Shown here: piece after piece, positions 1 to 9,236 of the stretch | Numbering within the stretch: position 1 is the first letter of the stretch | How the letters are laid out: the number at the start of each line of letters is the position of its first letter | Origin: Gemmatimonadota bacterium | Lineage (GTDB): Bacteria > Gemmatimonadota > Gemmatimonadetes > Gemmatimonadales > GWC2-71-9 | DNA: 51,931 nt | NCBI GenBank assembly: GCA_011390645.1 | Contig: JAABRY010000010.1 | Coordinates: forward strand, 1-51,931 | Reading direction: 5' to 3' | Translations under genes and position numbers: made by a program | The notes under the pieces: model-generated | Databases searched by the model: none | The model's input: only the letters and a program-made list of their open reading frames with translations | What the model was told of the DNA's origin: nothing

Positions 1-339
1 GATGGCGGCACCGACAATTGCGCCGAGTGCAGTGCCGAGCGCGATAGGGATCTCTATACCGGAGTAATTGCTCGACTCCGTGGACTGGATGTACAACACA
101 CTGAAGAGCGCCGTGGCGCCAAGCCCGATGCCGCCACCAATCAGCATCCCCTTGGTGATCGGTGACATCCCCTCATTGCGCCATGGAGACTCGGTCACGT
201 TCGAACGCACAACGCCGGAACGTGCGATCTCGCTCTCAAACATCTCGGGCGTGGGCCGGAGCCGCGGCGCGTGGACCGCCTGCCCCTCGACAACGCTCGG
301 CAACACGCTCGACAAGAAAAGCGCCAGCAAGACAGGCAT
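1..339 (-). CDS. Partial (runs off window) secreted/membrane protein with glycine-zipper-like helices
   Basis: Manual translation from ATG 339: MPVLLALFLSSVLP...GMLIGGGIGLGATALF...ALGTALGAIVGAAI. Absent from the ORF track because the stop lies outside the window. Confidence 0.6.
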   Translation of the reverse strand, partial: MPVLLALFLSSVLPSVVEGQAVHAPRLRPTPEMFESEIARSGVVRSNVTESPWRNEGMSPITKGMLIGGGIGLGATALFSVLYIQSTESSNYSGIEIPIALGTALGAIVGAAI

Positions 340-410
340 CAACGCGAACCGGCGGCTGACCCTTCGACGGTGCTCAGGGCTGGCACCGCCGGCTGGGATG
401 GGTGTAACGC

Positions 411-983
411 TCAGGGCTTCTCCAGGTGCGCCTTCAATCGCTCCAGCCTGCCTTGCTCGGCGAGGCGCATCGCGGCGGTCATGATCTTGCCCGTGGTCTC
501 GAGCATGCGACCCGCACCGGCACCCGCCGAATCGGGCAGCTCCTTGGCGAGGTCCGGGACAATGATGCGCGACGTGATCGCGATCGAATCGGCCGGCCCG
601 GGAATGATGGCGTCTTCACGACGCAGGATCGGGATCGTGCTGTCGCCCGGCGTCATGTAGGAGATCCGACGGGGTGCGTCCACCACCTCGACGATCCATG
701 ACGTCTCCTGCGTGCTGCCAGGCGTTGCACCCGTGGTGCGCACGCGGAGCGTATCGCCCACCACCAGTGGACCCTTGCCACGCGGCGAGATTGTGGCGGT
801 GGTCTCGTACCAGACGGCCATCGAATCAGGATCGGAGATGTACGCCCAGCCCCGCTCCGCTGACACGGCGACATGCACCGACGCGGTGTCGCCACCACCG
901 GTGAGCGTGCGGTAACCGTACCAGCAGGTGCCGATGACGAGCAACGTCAGCACCAGCGCAATCCCACCGATCCACTTGAGCAT
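411..983 (-). CDS. SRPBCC (START-like) family protein with N-terminal TM helix
   Basis: VHVAVSAERGWAYISDPDSMAVW is a typical SRPBCC N-terminal motif. TGATG overlap with the ferritin stop. Confidence 0.7.
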   Translation of the reverse strand: MLKWIGGIALVLTLLVIGTCWYGYRTLTGGGDTASVHVAVSAERGWAYISDPDSMAVWYETTATISPRGKGPLVVGDTLRVRTTGATPGSTQETSWIVEVVDAPRRISYMTPGDSTIPILRREDAIIPGPADSIAITSRIIVPDLAKELPDSAGAGAGRMLETTGKIMTAAMRLAEQGRLERLKAHLEKP

Positions 984-1495
984 CAATCAGCTCCCCCGGC
1001 CGGCTCGGCCGTACGATTGCCATACATCTGGTCGAGCATCAGCAACGCCGAGGGATTGCCGCCCGCCATCTTGAGCTGGTCAATCGCGGTCATCGCGTTC
1101 TTCTCCTCCTCGACCTGCTCGTTGATGAACCACTGCAGCATCACCTGACTCGGGTAGTCCGACTCCGCCTGCGCCAGCGCGTAGAGGTTGTTGATCGCTT
1201 TGGTGACTGTCTGCTCGTGGTGCAACGCCGACTCGAACACTGACAGCGGTGTGTCGAAGTCGTGCGTCGGTTGCGGGATCGGCTGCAACACCACCTTGCC
1301 GCCACGGTCGTTCATGTGATCGAAGAGCTTCATCGCGTGCGTCCGCTCCTCCTCCGACTGGATGCGCATCCAGTTGGCCATACCCGGAAGGGCGTTCGAC
1401 TCGAAGTGCGACGCCATCGCCAGATAGGCGTACGAGGAAGAAAGCTCAAGGTTGATCTGTGCGTTGAGGGCGTCTTGCAACTTGGAGCTGAGCAT
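983..1495 (-). CDS. ftnA: Non-heme ferritin
   Basis: LNAQINLELSSSYAYLAM, QSEEERTHAMK and QWFINEQVEEE ferroxidase motifs; ATG at 1495. Confidence 0.95.
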   Translation of the reverse strand: MLSSKLQDALNAQINLELSSSYAYLAMASHFESNALPGMANWMRIQSEEERTHAMKLFDHMNDRGGKVVLQPIPQPTHDFDTPLSVFESALHHEQTVTKAINNLYALAQAESDYPSQVMLQWFINEQVEEEKNAMTAIDQLKMAGGNPSALLMLDQMYGNRTAEPAGGAD

Positions 1496-1533
1496 GTCGT
1501 AAATATCCGAAGAAAGGGTTGGTTCAATTCTAA

Positions 1534-1656
1534 TGGTGAATGGTGAACGGGGGACTAGGTGAAACGTGAAAGGTGAAACGGGGACTCCGCAGTGGTCCAA
1601 GCCCAGCGCGAAGGACTGACCACCAGTTCTCCCTTTCACGTTTCACGTTTCACCCT
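1534..1656. repeat. Inverted heptamer-array element, copy A
   Basis: GGTGAAACGTGAAAGGTGAAACGGGG ... ~45 nt unique ... CCCTTTCACGTTTCACGTTTCACC, preceded by TGGTGAATGGTGAAC. Confidence 0.9.
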
Positions 1657-1730
1657 GGCCTGGGACCGATCTAGCCCTCACAACGTCCACCCCCTGCGAC
1701 CATCCCGGCACCCGCAGCATCTTTATCGGC

Positions 1731-2288
1731 ATGACAACGAAAGTGCTCACCATGGACGCCATGACCCTCCCGGACGCGGATGCGGTGATCGCCCGCGCCA
1801 AGCGGGGCGACCCGGTGGCGCTTGAGCAGGTCTACCGCGCCTACAGCACCCCGGCCTACAACCTGGCCCGGCGGATCTGCCGGACCACGGAAGACGCCGA
1901 GGACGTGCTGCAAGAGACCTTCTTCGAGGTGTGTCGTAGTATTCGCAACTACCGTGGCGATGGCTCGCTGTGGGGCTGGATCCGCACCATCACCTCGTCC
2001 AAGGCGCTGATGCGTCTGCGCCGGAACAAGTACCGCGACACCGATGAGCTGGTGGACGACATTGCCCCCGCGCGGTCGTCCTCGCCGGCGCTGAAGATGG
2101 ACCTGGAGAATGCCCTCGACCGCCTGACCGACACCGCCCGGGCGGTGGTCTGGCTCCACGATGTGGAGGGCTTTACCCACGAGGAGATCGCCACCCAGAT
2201 GGGCAAGACGACCTCCTTCAGCAAATCACAGCTCGCCCGCGCCCACGCCCGTTTGCGGGTCTGGCTAGGTGAGGAGTCCCGCTCATGA
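1731..2288 (+). CDS. ECF RNA polymerase sigma-70 factor
   Basis: Region 2 DAEDVLQETF; region 4 RAVVWLHDVEGFTHEEIATQMG...SKSQLARA. Confidence 0.95.
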   Translation: MTTKVLTMDAMTLPDADAVIARAKRGDPVALEQVYRAYSTPAYNLARRICRTTEDAEDVLQETFFEVCRSIRNYRGDGSLWGWIRTITSSKALMRLRRNKYRDTDELVDDIAPARSSSPALKMDLENALDRLTDTARAVVWLHDVEGFTHEEIATQMGKTTSFSKSQLARAHARLRVWLGEESRS

Positions 2289-2896
2289 CCACGCCTGTGC
2301 ACCTGACGATGGACCAGCTGCTTGCCCTTCGCGATGGCGACCGCAGCGAACCGGCCTTCGCGACCGCTGCCCGTCACCTGGACAGCTGCGCAACATGCCG
2401 CGCCGAACTCGAGGCACTGCATCAGCGCACGGCGCGACTGCGAGCCCTCGCGACGATGGCGCCCGCGGCGGATCAGTTCCCGGCGATCCGCACCCGGTTG
2501 CACTGGGAGCAGTCGCGTCGCCGTCGCATCATCTCCTTCACGGGGATGGCGGCGGCGGCCGCGCTGGTGATCGGCTTCGTCGGCAGCGACCTCGTCGCAC
2601 CGCCGACACTCGACGCTGAAGACCAGATCGCCGCCTCCATCTCCCGTTCGCAGGCCCTCGAGCAGACGCTGCACACCTGGGGCCCCGATGACCGGGTGAT
2701 GGACGGCCGGATGGCAATGGTCGTCATCGAACTCGAGGATCGAATTGCCGATGTGGATGCTCGACTGCAGGACGTCGCTCGGCTTCAACGCAAGGAACGG
2801 ATGCCGCACGAGGCGTCCCTCTGGCAGGAGCGGGTCGGCTTGATGAATGCCTTGGTGGATGTCCACCTCACCAAGGCCAACAACGTGGACCTCTGA
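2285..2896 (+). CDS. Membrane anti-sigma factor, zinc-binding (zf-HC2/ZAS-like)
   Basis: HLDSCATC (HxxxCxxC), one TM helix, ATGA overlap with the sigma gene. Confidence 0.8.
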   Translation: MTTPVHLTMDQLLALRDGDRSEPAFATAARHLDSCATCRAELEALHQRTARLRALATMAPAADQFPAIRTRLHWEQSRRRRIISFTGMAAAAALVIGFVGSDLVAPPTLDAEDQIAASISRSQALEQTLHTWGPDDRVMDGRMAMVVIELEDRIADVDARLQDVARLQRKERMPHEASLWQERVGLMNALVDVHLTKANNVDL

Positions 2897-2929
2897 GGTC
2901 CAGCGCACCAACACGAAGGAGTGGGACCG

Positions 2930-4039
2930 ATGGGACGCAACACGCTGATGATCATGATGGGCCTGACCATGGCAACGACCGCCCCACTTGCCGCACAGCG
3001 GGTGGAGGCTGACACCTCGATTTCGGTCTCGCGGAACAACGGGGTCACCGAGTGCAGGGTGCGGGTTGATGGGCGCACGCTCTCCGACGCGGACGCCAGG
3101 AAGCTTTGCGCCCGCGTGGAAGAAGGAACCGCGGCGATCCGCTTGAGCACCCAGATGTTGACTGACGAGATCAGACGCTTGAACACCGATTCGCTGGCGA
3201 TGCGTTTTCGAGGTCAGGCCGAGATGCTCGCCGACCAGCTCCGCGAAGTCGAAGGTCAGCGCAACTTCTTCGGCAACCTGATCCCGTCCATGGCAGCACG
3301 GCCGGTCATCGGTGTCACCGTCGACTTCACCCCGCGTGACACCGATCGCTACGGCGCCTACATCCAGGCCGTGACACCCGGTGGTCCTGCCGACAAGGCG
3401 GGGCTGCGCAGCGGCGACATCATCACCAAGGTCGGTGGCAAGGAGATCGGCACCTCCGAACGTCAGCGCGACGGGGTGAGTCAGTCCCTGGTCTCGCTCA
3501 AGCTGATCGAGGCGGTCGGTGCACTCGAAGCCGGCAAGGCGGTGCGATTCGACTACCGCCGCGACAATAACACCCGCAACGTGATGATCACGCCGATGGA
3601 GGATCGGACCATGATGGTGGCGCGGCGAATGGACGGGGTCCCCGTCGATCGCTTCTCGACCATCGTCGAACGGATGGCGGACGGCGTCCCGGTCGCACCG
3701 AACGCGCCGCGGCCGGGGGGTCGGATGACGATGACGACCCCTGGCCTCCAGTCCTTCACCTTCACGACCGGTGCACTCGCCCGCATCGAGATGGCGCCGA
3801 TGAACGAGAAGCTCGGCGCGTACTTCGGGGTGACCAACGGCGTCCTCGTGGTGAATGTCCCGGCCGAAGGCAACATGAACCTGCAGCCGGGTGATGTGAT
3901 CACCGCGGTGGACGGCCGGCGCATCGAGACGCCGAATGAATTTCTGCGGGTGCTGCGCACCTACGACGCAGATCGGAGCTTCACGCTGCAGGTCACGCGT
4001 CAGAAGCGTCAGGAAGTGATCACGACCAAGCTGCCCTGA
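2930..4039 (+). CDS. Secreted protein with two PDZ domains
   Basis: Signal peptide; GGPADKAGLRSGDIITKVGG and LQPGDVITAVDG PDZ motifs; AAGGAG RBS. Confidence 0.85.
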   Translation: MGRNTLMIMMGLTMATTAPLAAQRVEADTSISVSRNNGVTECRVRVDGRTLSDADARKLCARVEEGTAAIRLSTQMLTDEIRRLNTDSLAMRFRGQAEMLADQLREVEGQRNFFGNLIPSMAARPVIGVTVDFTPRDTDRYGAYIQAVTPGGPADKAGLRSGDIITKVGGKEIGTSERQRDGVSQSLVSLKLIEAVGALEAGKAVRFDYRRDNNTRNVMITPMEDRTMMVARRMDGVPVDRFSTIVERMADGVPVAPNAPRPGGRMTMTTPGLQSFTFTTGALARIEMAPMNEKLGAYFGVTNGVLVVNVPAEGNMNLQPGDVITAVDGRRIETPNEFLRVLRTYDADRSFTLQVTRQKRQEVITTKLP

Positions 4040-4061
4040 CCCCCCGCAGGGTGGTGCGGAG

Positions 4062-4096
4062 AGGCCCCCGACCCGGATAGGGCTGGGGGCCTTTTC
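4062..4096 (+). terminator. Intrinsic terminator
   Basis: AGGCCCCC...GGGGGCCT stem followed by TTTT, after the PDZ gene. Confidence 0.7.
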
Positions 4097-4145
4097 GTTA
4101 CAGGCCCGGGGTTACGCCAGAATAAGTGAGCAGTAGTTTCTTTTG

Positions 4146-4895
4146 ATGACCAAGTTCGAACGACGCCCCGAGGAACGGCCTGAGGAGCTCCTCGACGCAG
4201 CAGAGGCACGCTTTCTTCAGGAAGGCTACACAGCGGCAAGGGTGGAGCAGATCGCCCACGACGCAGGCGTGACGGTGGGCACCGTGTACCGGTACTTCCC
4301 CTCGAAGGACGCGCTCTTCCGCGAAGTGGTACTCCGGCACGCCGACGCGCAGTGGAGTCGCGGCCGCGAGATTGCCGACGCCTACGGTTCGCGTACCGCG
4401 CGCGAGATTGTCGAACTGCTGCTGCGACGCTGGGCCGATCGACTGCGCACTGGCGGAGAGGGTCGCGCATTGCTCCTGGTGGTGCGCGAAGCGGCAACTT
4501 TCCCCGAGGTCGTGCGCTCGTGGGTGGACGCGACGATCCAGAAGGGGTGCCTCGCGGTCGAGCGGGCGCTGCGCCACGGTATCGATCGTGGGGAGTTCCC
4601 GTTGCTCGATGTCGAGGCAACGGCGCGCGCGCTGGTCTCCACCGTTGTCAACCGCCACGTCTGGGACCACACCTTCCGACCTGAATTGCCTCCGCTCGCC
4701 GAGCGGGTGGACCCGACACAAGTCGCGATCGACCTGGTCGTCCGCGGGATCCCCCGGACGGAGCGCCGAACGGTCGTGGCGGCTCCCCCGCCCCCGATGC
4801 GCGAGCCGCATCAGATCGCCACCGAACGGGAAACCGCGGAGGATGCCAGCGGAGGGAAGTTGCGAATCGTCACGTTGAAGCCGCGACCCCGCTAG
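4146..4895 (+). CDS. TetR/AcrR family transcriptional regulator
   Basis: IAHDAGVTVGTVYRYFPSKDALF helix-turn-helix. Confidence 0.95.
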   Translation: MTKFERRPEERPEELLDAAEARFLQEGYTAARVEQIAHDAGVTVGTVYRYFPSKDALFREVVLRHADAQWSRGREIADAYGSRTAREIVELLLRRWADRLRTGGEGRALLLVVREAATFPEVVRSWVDATIQKGCLAVERALRHGIDRGEFPLLDVEATARALVSTVVNRHVWDHTFRPELPPLAERVDPTQVAIDLVVRGIPRTERRTVVAAPPPPMREPHQIATERETAEDASGGKLRIVTLKPRPR

Positions 4896-4904
4896 CTTCG
4901 CACG

Positions 4905-5300
4905 ATGGATCGTCGCCTGACCCTCATCACCCGCGCGCTGCGCCTCCACTGCCCGAATTGCGGCAACGGCGGGATCTTCAGGCGCTGGTTCGAAATGGCA
5001 CAGGACTGCCCCCGCTGCGGCTTCGCGCTCGCCTCGGGGAATCGGGTCGGGGCCAACCTCCTCAATCTGGTCGCAGCCGAGCTCTTGTTGATGGTCGCGC
5101 TCGCCACGATCATCATCCGTAGCTGGCCGAATCCGCCGTGGAAGTTCCTGGAATACGGCGCACCGCTGCTCATGCTCGTCGCCCCGCTCGTGCTCTTCCC
5201 TTTCTCGAAGTCGCTGTTCATCGCCTTCGATCTGGCGATGCACCCCGAGGGCCGCGCCGACCCGCGCGCCCACGGCACACCCGATCACCCGACCACCTAG
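4905..5300 (+). CDS. DUF983-like membrane protein (two CPxCG motifs)
   Basis: CPNCG...CPRCG followed by two TM helices. Confidence 0.75.
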   Translation: MDRRLTLITRALRLHCPNCGNGGIFRRWFEMAQDCPRCGFALASGNRVGANLLNLVAAELLLMVALATIIIRSWPNPPWKFLEYGAPLLMLVAPLVLFPFSKSLFIAFDLAMHPEGRADPRAHGTPDHPTT

Positions 5301-5303
5301 CCA

Positions 5304-6149
5304 GTGGCGCGATGGCCCACTGCCCCGTCGCGCCGGCGGCCGGGGTGGCGACGCTGGCTCGCGGGTGCAGCCTTCATCGTCGTGGTCGCAGTGCTTGCTT
5401 ATTGGTACCAACCACAACTACTACAAACACCCACCCCGGACATCGAAGAAAGCCAGACGACACCGCTCGCGCCGTCGCTGTATGGCTCGCCCGAGCGCGA
5501 GCTTGCGATACCAGGTGTCGGGATTGGCGTGCTGGTGGAGAATGAGGGCCCCTCGCCGCTGGCGGTCATCGTGGCAAGCTCGGCCGAATTGGTGGCCGAC
5601 CACGCCGGCGTTCAGGCGCTGCTCGAGCGGGAGGGGGTGGCCTCGCTTGCGCTGGTCGTCCCAACAGATTCTGCCGGAGCAGAGGCGCTGACCCGGTGGA
5701 TGGCACAGGCGGTAGCGGTGCGCCGCCTCCCCGTGCGGCTGGTCGTCCCGGGGAGCCTGCTCGATCATTGGCTTTCCCTCAGCCCCGACATCTCCATCCC
5801 GCTCCTGGTGCTCGGACCGGCGCCGGCCCGCCGCACGCTGCGCGAGACCTGGTTCCCCCGTCTGCGGTTCGCCTCCGACACTGTCGATGATCGACTGGCG
5901 GGCTGGGGGGGTGACGTGGCCGCGGTGGTCGCCCCGGACGACACCCTCGCCGCCAGACGGCTGGTCCGCGCTGCCGTGCGCGGGCGCGTCGTGATGCTTT
6001 CCGGAGAATCCGTCGACCCGCCCTCCCCTCACCCCGACCCCGGCGCCTGGCGTGAAGCGATCGCGATCCTGAGGGGGTATTGGGAGGGGCAGGTGGAGGT
6101 GCAGGTGGATGTGGGGGTGGGGGAGGAAGGGAACGAGGGTGAAAGGTGA
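5304..6149 (+). CDS. Hypothetical membrane-anchored protein
   Basis: N-terminal TM helix, operon-like spacing; the stop TGA lies inside a heptamer repeat. Confidence 0.6.
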   Translation: MARWPTAPSRRRPGWRRWLAGAAFIVVVAVLAYWYQPQLLQTPTPDIEESQTTPLAPSLYGSPERELAIPGVGIGVLVENEGPSPLAVIVASSAELVADHAGVQALLEREGVASLALVVPTDSAGAEALTRWMAQAVAVRRLPVRLVVPGSLLDHWLSLSPDISIPLLVLGPAPARRTLRETWFPRLRFASDTVDDRLAGWGGDVAAVVAPDDTLAARRLVRAAVRGRVVMLSGESVDPPSPHPDPGAWREAIAILRGYWEGQVEVQVDVGVGEEGNEGER

Positions 6150-6253
6150 AACGTGAAACGGGGTGCGATTTCGTCACCGCCTTGCAGGGCACACATCGCT
6201 CCGCGGCGGGCCTCCCTTTCACCATTCACGTTTCACCTTTCACGTTTCACCTT
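6137..6253. repeat. Inverted heptamer-array element, copy B
   Basis: GGGTGAAAGGTGAAACGTGAAACGGGG ... CCCTTTCACCATTCACGTTTCACCTTTCACGTTTCACC, between convergent genes. Confidence 0.9.
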
Positions 6254-6824
6254 CTGGCCCTTTCCGCCCCCACTTCTGCCAGCTCAACATCGCCACCGCA
6301 AACCCCGCCACGGCGGCGACCGTCACATCACTCAGGAAGTGCGCCTCGGCCTGGACGCGTGTGACCGCGTTGCCAGTCGCGAGCAGGAGCCAGATCGGCC
6401 AGGCGCGCGGAAAGAGGCGGCAGAGAACGAATGCCCCGGTGAATGCGACCAGCGCGTGGCTGCTCGGCAGGCCGAGTCCCTTGGTGGACCAGGGCTGGTC
6501 GGTGAAGGCGCGGAAGACGTATTCGCCATCGTTCGGGCCCGGGCGCTCGCGACGGAACAGCAACTTGAGCACTTCTGCCGCCAACCCGCCGAGTCCGGGG
6601 ACGAACCCGAGCACGAGGGCGTGTCGACGATCGCGCGTGTGCAGCCAGTAGGCGATCGCCATCGCGATCCACGTCGGGTAGTAGCCGACGATGCGGAAGA
6701 GGCGATCACGATCGTTGTCGTACACGCCCTCGCGGGCGAGCTCGGCAAACGCCCACGGATCGAGGAGGTGCGCGACGCCGATGGCGACCGCGCAGACGAT
6801 GGTGATGCGGAGGGTGGGGTGCAT
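6240..6824 (-). CDS. PAP2 family phosphatase
   Basis: KLLFRRERP, PSSH and TRVQAEAHFLSDV match the PAP2 C1-C3 motifs. Start is 6824 or further upstream. Confidence 0.9.
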   Translation of the reverse strand: MHPTLRITIVCAVAIGVAHLLDPWAFAELAREGVYDNDRDRLFRIVGYYPTWIAMAIAYWLHTRDRRHALVLGFVPGLGGLAAEVLKLLFRRERPGPNDGEYVFRAFTDQPWSTKGLGLPSSHALVAFTGAFVLCRLFPRAWPIWLLLATGNAVTRVQAEAHFLSDVTVAAVAGFAVAMLSWQKWGRKGPEGET

Positions 6825-6855
6825 CCCGGAAAAGGTAGCGGGGTATCCTTCTGCC

Positions 6856-7803
6856 ATGCGATCCCTTCTTCCTGTCATCCTCCTCCTCGCGCCGGCCCAC
6901 CTCAGCGCGCAGGACCTGCCCCCGTATGTCCCGGTCAACCCGGTGCTTGCCGCGCGGAGCCCACTCTACGCGCAACCGATCATCCCTCGGGGGGGGGGAT
7001 GGCAGGTGCGCACCGTGCTCGACTACACCAACGCAATCGAGAGCGAGCGGAGTCGAGATCGACGCGATTATCTGCTCGATGCCGAATTGCTGCAGGTGGA
7101 CCTCTGGGTCACGCGCAACCTTTCGTCCAACGCCTTCGTGCTCGCCAATGCGTCGCTGCGCGGCGGCTACGATGGCGCGTTCGACGGTTTCCTCAATTGG
7201 TATCACGACCTCATCGGCCTCCCGGTGCCGGCACGCAATCGCCGCCCCGAAGACACCTTTGCGTGGGAGATTCCGCTGCCGGATGGGACCACCACGCGCG
7301 AGCGTCCCGGCACCTTCATCGGCGACGTGCGCCTGGGGGGGGGATACCGTGCGGGCCCCGTCCAGTTGCTCGGCACCGTCACCCTCCCCACCACCAGCGC
7401 GGGCGAGGGATGGGGGCGCGATCGCGTGGGCGGCTCACTCCACGCCACCGCCAACCTGCTCCGCACCGATCGTGTGCTGCTTGAGGCCGGGCTCGCCGCA
7501 GGGTATACCCCGGCGAGCGGCGCCCTCGCAGCCTACCAGAAGGAAGTCTTCCTCGGTGGCATGGGCGCACTGCGTTGGCGTTTCTGGGGACAGCAGGCGC
7601 TCTTCGCGACGATCTGGACGCAGTCACCGAACTGGCAGGGCACCGGCTTCGACGCGATGGACGGCGCGGAGGTGACGATCGACTTCGGTGGCTTGGTGAA
7701 GCTCGGCAAGAACTGGCCCGAGCTGCAACTCGGCGTCACCGAAGATCTCTACCCGCGCGGGCCGGGGGTGGATGTGGGGGCAAAGATCGGGGTGAGGTGG
7801 TGA
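6856..7803 (+). CDS. DUF3187-like outer-membrane beta-barrel protein
   Basis: Signal peptide; GAFDGFLNWYHDLIGLP motif; amphipathic strands; C-terminal W. Confidence 0.7.
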   Translation: MRSLLPVILLLAPAHLSAQDLPPYVPVNPVLAARSPLYAQPIIPRGGGWQVRTVLDYTNAIESERSRDRRDYLLDAELLQVDLWVTRNLSSNAFVLANASLRGGYDGAFDGFLNWYHDLIGLPVPARNRRPEDTFAWEIPLPDGTTTRERPGTFIGDVRLGGGYRAGPVQLLGTVTLPTTSAGEGWGRDRVGGSLHATANLLRTDRVLLEAGLAAGYTPASGALAAYQKEVFLGGMGALRWRFWGQQALFATIWTQSPNWQGTGFDAMDGAEVTIDFGGLVKLGKNWPELQLGVTEDLYPRGPGVDVGAKIGVRW

Positions 7804-7946
7804 CGGCGAACGGCGAACGGCGAACGGTGAACGGTGAACGGTGAACAGACGACAGTGGTGAAAGGTGAAAGGTGAAAGGGGTACCATAGCGACCCGTTTC
7901 ACCTTTCACGTTTTACCGGTTGCTGTTCACCGTTCACCGTTCCCCG
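7803..7946. repeat. Nested inverted heptamer-array element, copy C
   Basis: (CGGYGAA)6 outer arm, (GGTGAAA)3 inner arm, spacer, TTTCACC/TTTCACG/TTTTACC, then (GTTCACC)2. Confidence 0.9.
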
Positions 7947-7947
7947 C

Positions 7948-8475
7948 CTACCGCTCTCCCATCTCCGGTGCTCCCAGCGGCGTGCGACCGAAGGCGCGCT
8001 GCAGACGCGGATGATTGCGCCAGATCCACGCCCCCATCACGAGAGCGGCGAGGGTGTTGGCCGCGAGGACGCTCCCCAGCGGGAAGAGCCCGCGCGTGGT
8101 CTCGGAGGCGATCGCGAGGAGACCGAAGAAGAAGAGCTCGAAGACGATGAACAGTTGCAGCACGGCATACCGTGCCACGCTGCTCGTCTCGGCTCGGGTC
8201 ACCAGCGCAGTGAGCAGCAGCCCGAAGGCCACGAACGACAGCAGGTGGACGCCCGAATACACCAGGACGGCGGTGGTGTCGACCGCGTCCATGCTTGGGG
8301 CGGCGCGACGCATGACGAGCACTTCACCGAGGACGCTCGGAGTCTGCAGCGCCAACCCTCTGGTCAGATCCACGCCGAGATAGAAGAGGGCGACGACTGC
8401 GGCCCCGAGTACGCCAGCGATCAGACCTTCTCGGGTGGAAGGCGTCGAAGAGGTGTGCAGGCTCTGGACGTTCAT
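7948..8475 (-). CDS. Hypothetical 4-TM membrane protein
   Basis: Four hydrophobic helices; ATG 8475 with GGAGG RBS. Confidence 0.75.
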   Translation of the reverse strand: MNVQSLHTSSTPSTREGLIAGVLGAAVVALFYLGVDLTRGLALQTPSVLGEVLVMRRAAPSMDAVDTTAVLVYSGVHLLSFVAFGLLLTALVTRAETSSVARYAVLQLFIVFELFFFGLLAIASETTRGLFPLGSVLAANTLAALVMGAWIWRNHPRLQRAFGRTPLGAPEMGER

Positions 8476-8544
8476 GGGGCGCCTCCGTCGTGTGCGGGTG
8501 ATCCGTTTCGATCGGTGCGGCGGCCAGGGACGCAAGCCGGAATC

Positions 8545-8796
8545 TCAGGGGATCCGGTCGGGAGCTCCCTCGCCAAAGCAGAACTGCTCGAGATTTTTCA
8601 GCAGGAAGGCCCTCGCCTGGGGTTGGTGCGGGACGAGGGCGTAGTGATTGATGAGCTGCTGCTGGGTCTGGAGCCAGTCCGCCCAGCAGGTCTTGCAGAT
8701 CGAATCGTAGATGCGCTGACCGAGCTCGGTCGGAAACGGCTTGAAGGCCTGACGATCTCCGGTCTGGCCACAGCGAGTGCAGGTGATGGTGTTCAT
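8545..8796 (-). CDS. yggX: YggX-like Fe(II)-trafficking / oxidative damage protection protein
   Basis: PFPTELGQRIYDSICKTCWADW...LINHY...ARAFL...EQFCFG resembles YggX. Confidence 0.85.
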   Translation of the reverse strand: MNTITCTRCGQTGDRQAFKPFPTELGQRIYDSICKTCWADWLQTQQQLINHYALVPHQPQARAFLLKNLEQFCFGEGAPDRIP

Positions 8797-8817
8797 TCCG
8801 ACCAATTTAATCGGCGA

Positions 8818-9087
8818 TCAGTCCCCCCGCTTGAGTGCCTTCACTCCACTGGCCGTGCCGAGACCGGCGGCGGCCCCCGCCACCAAGGCCGTTGTGGTCG
8901 TGATCAGCGGCAAGAGCCAGGCGATCGGCGACGCAATCATCAGAACCCCGAGCCCGGCGATCCATGGCGCCAACGGATGGCGGACGGCATCCACGAACCG
9001 CAGGCGCTGGCGGACGAATTCGCGGGCAATTCCGAAGGCGAAGATGCCTGCCGCGGCGGTCACCACGAAATAGAGCAAGTCAAACAC
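8818..9087 (-). CDS. Small hypothetical membrane protein
   Basis: Three hydrophobic segments; AGGAGG RBS before GTG. Confidence 0.75.
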   Translation of the reverse strand: MFDLLYFVVTAAAGIFAFGIAREFVRQRLRFVDAVRHPLAPWIAGLGVLMIASPIAWLLPLITTTTALVAGAAAGLGTASGVKALKRGD

Positions 9088-9236
9088 GGCGTCCTCCTGG
9101 ACGGGGTACGTGTTTCAGTACGAAACTCCAGAACGAAAGATTCACCCGAAGGGCGAGGGAGGGCAGCATCCTCGCCCACACCCCTCCGGGCAGCTAGAAT
9201 CCGAGTCGTTGGCCTTCCCCCCACTCAGGAGACCTC

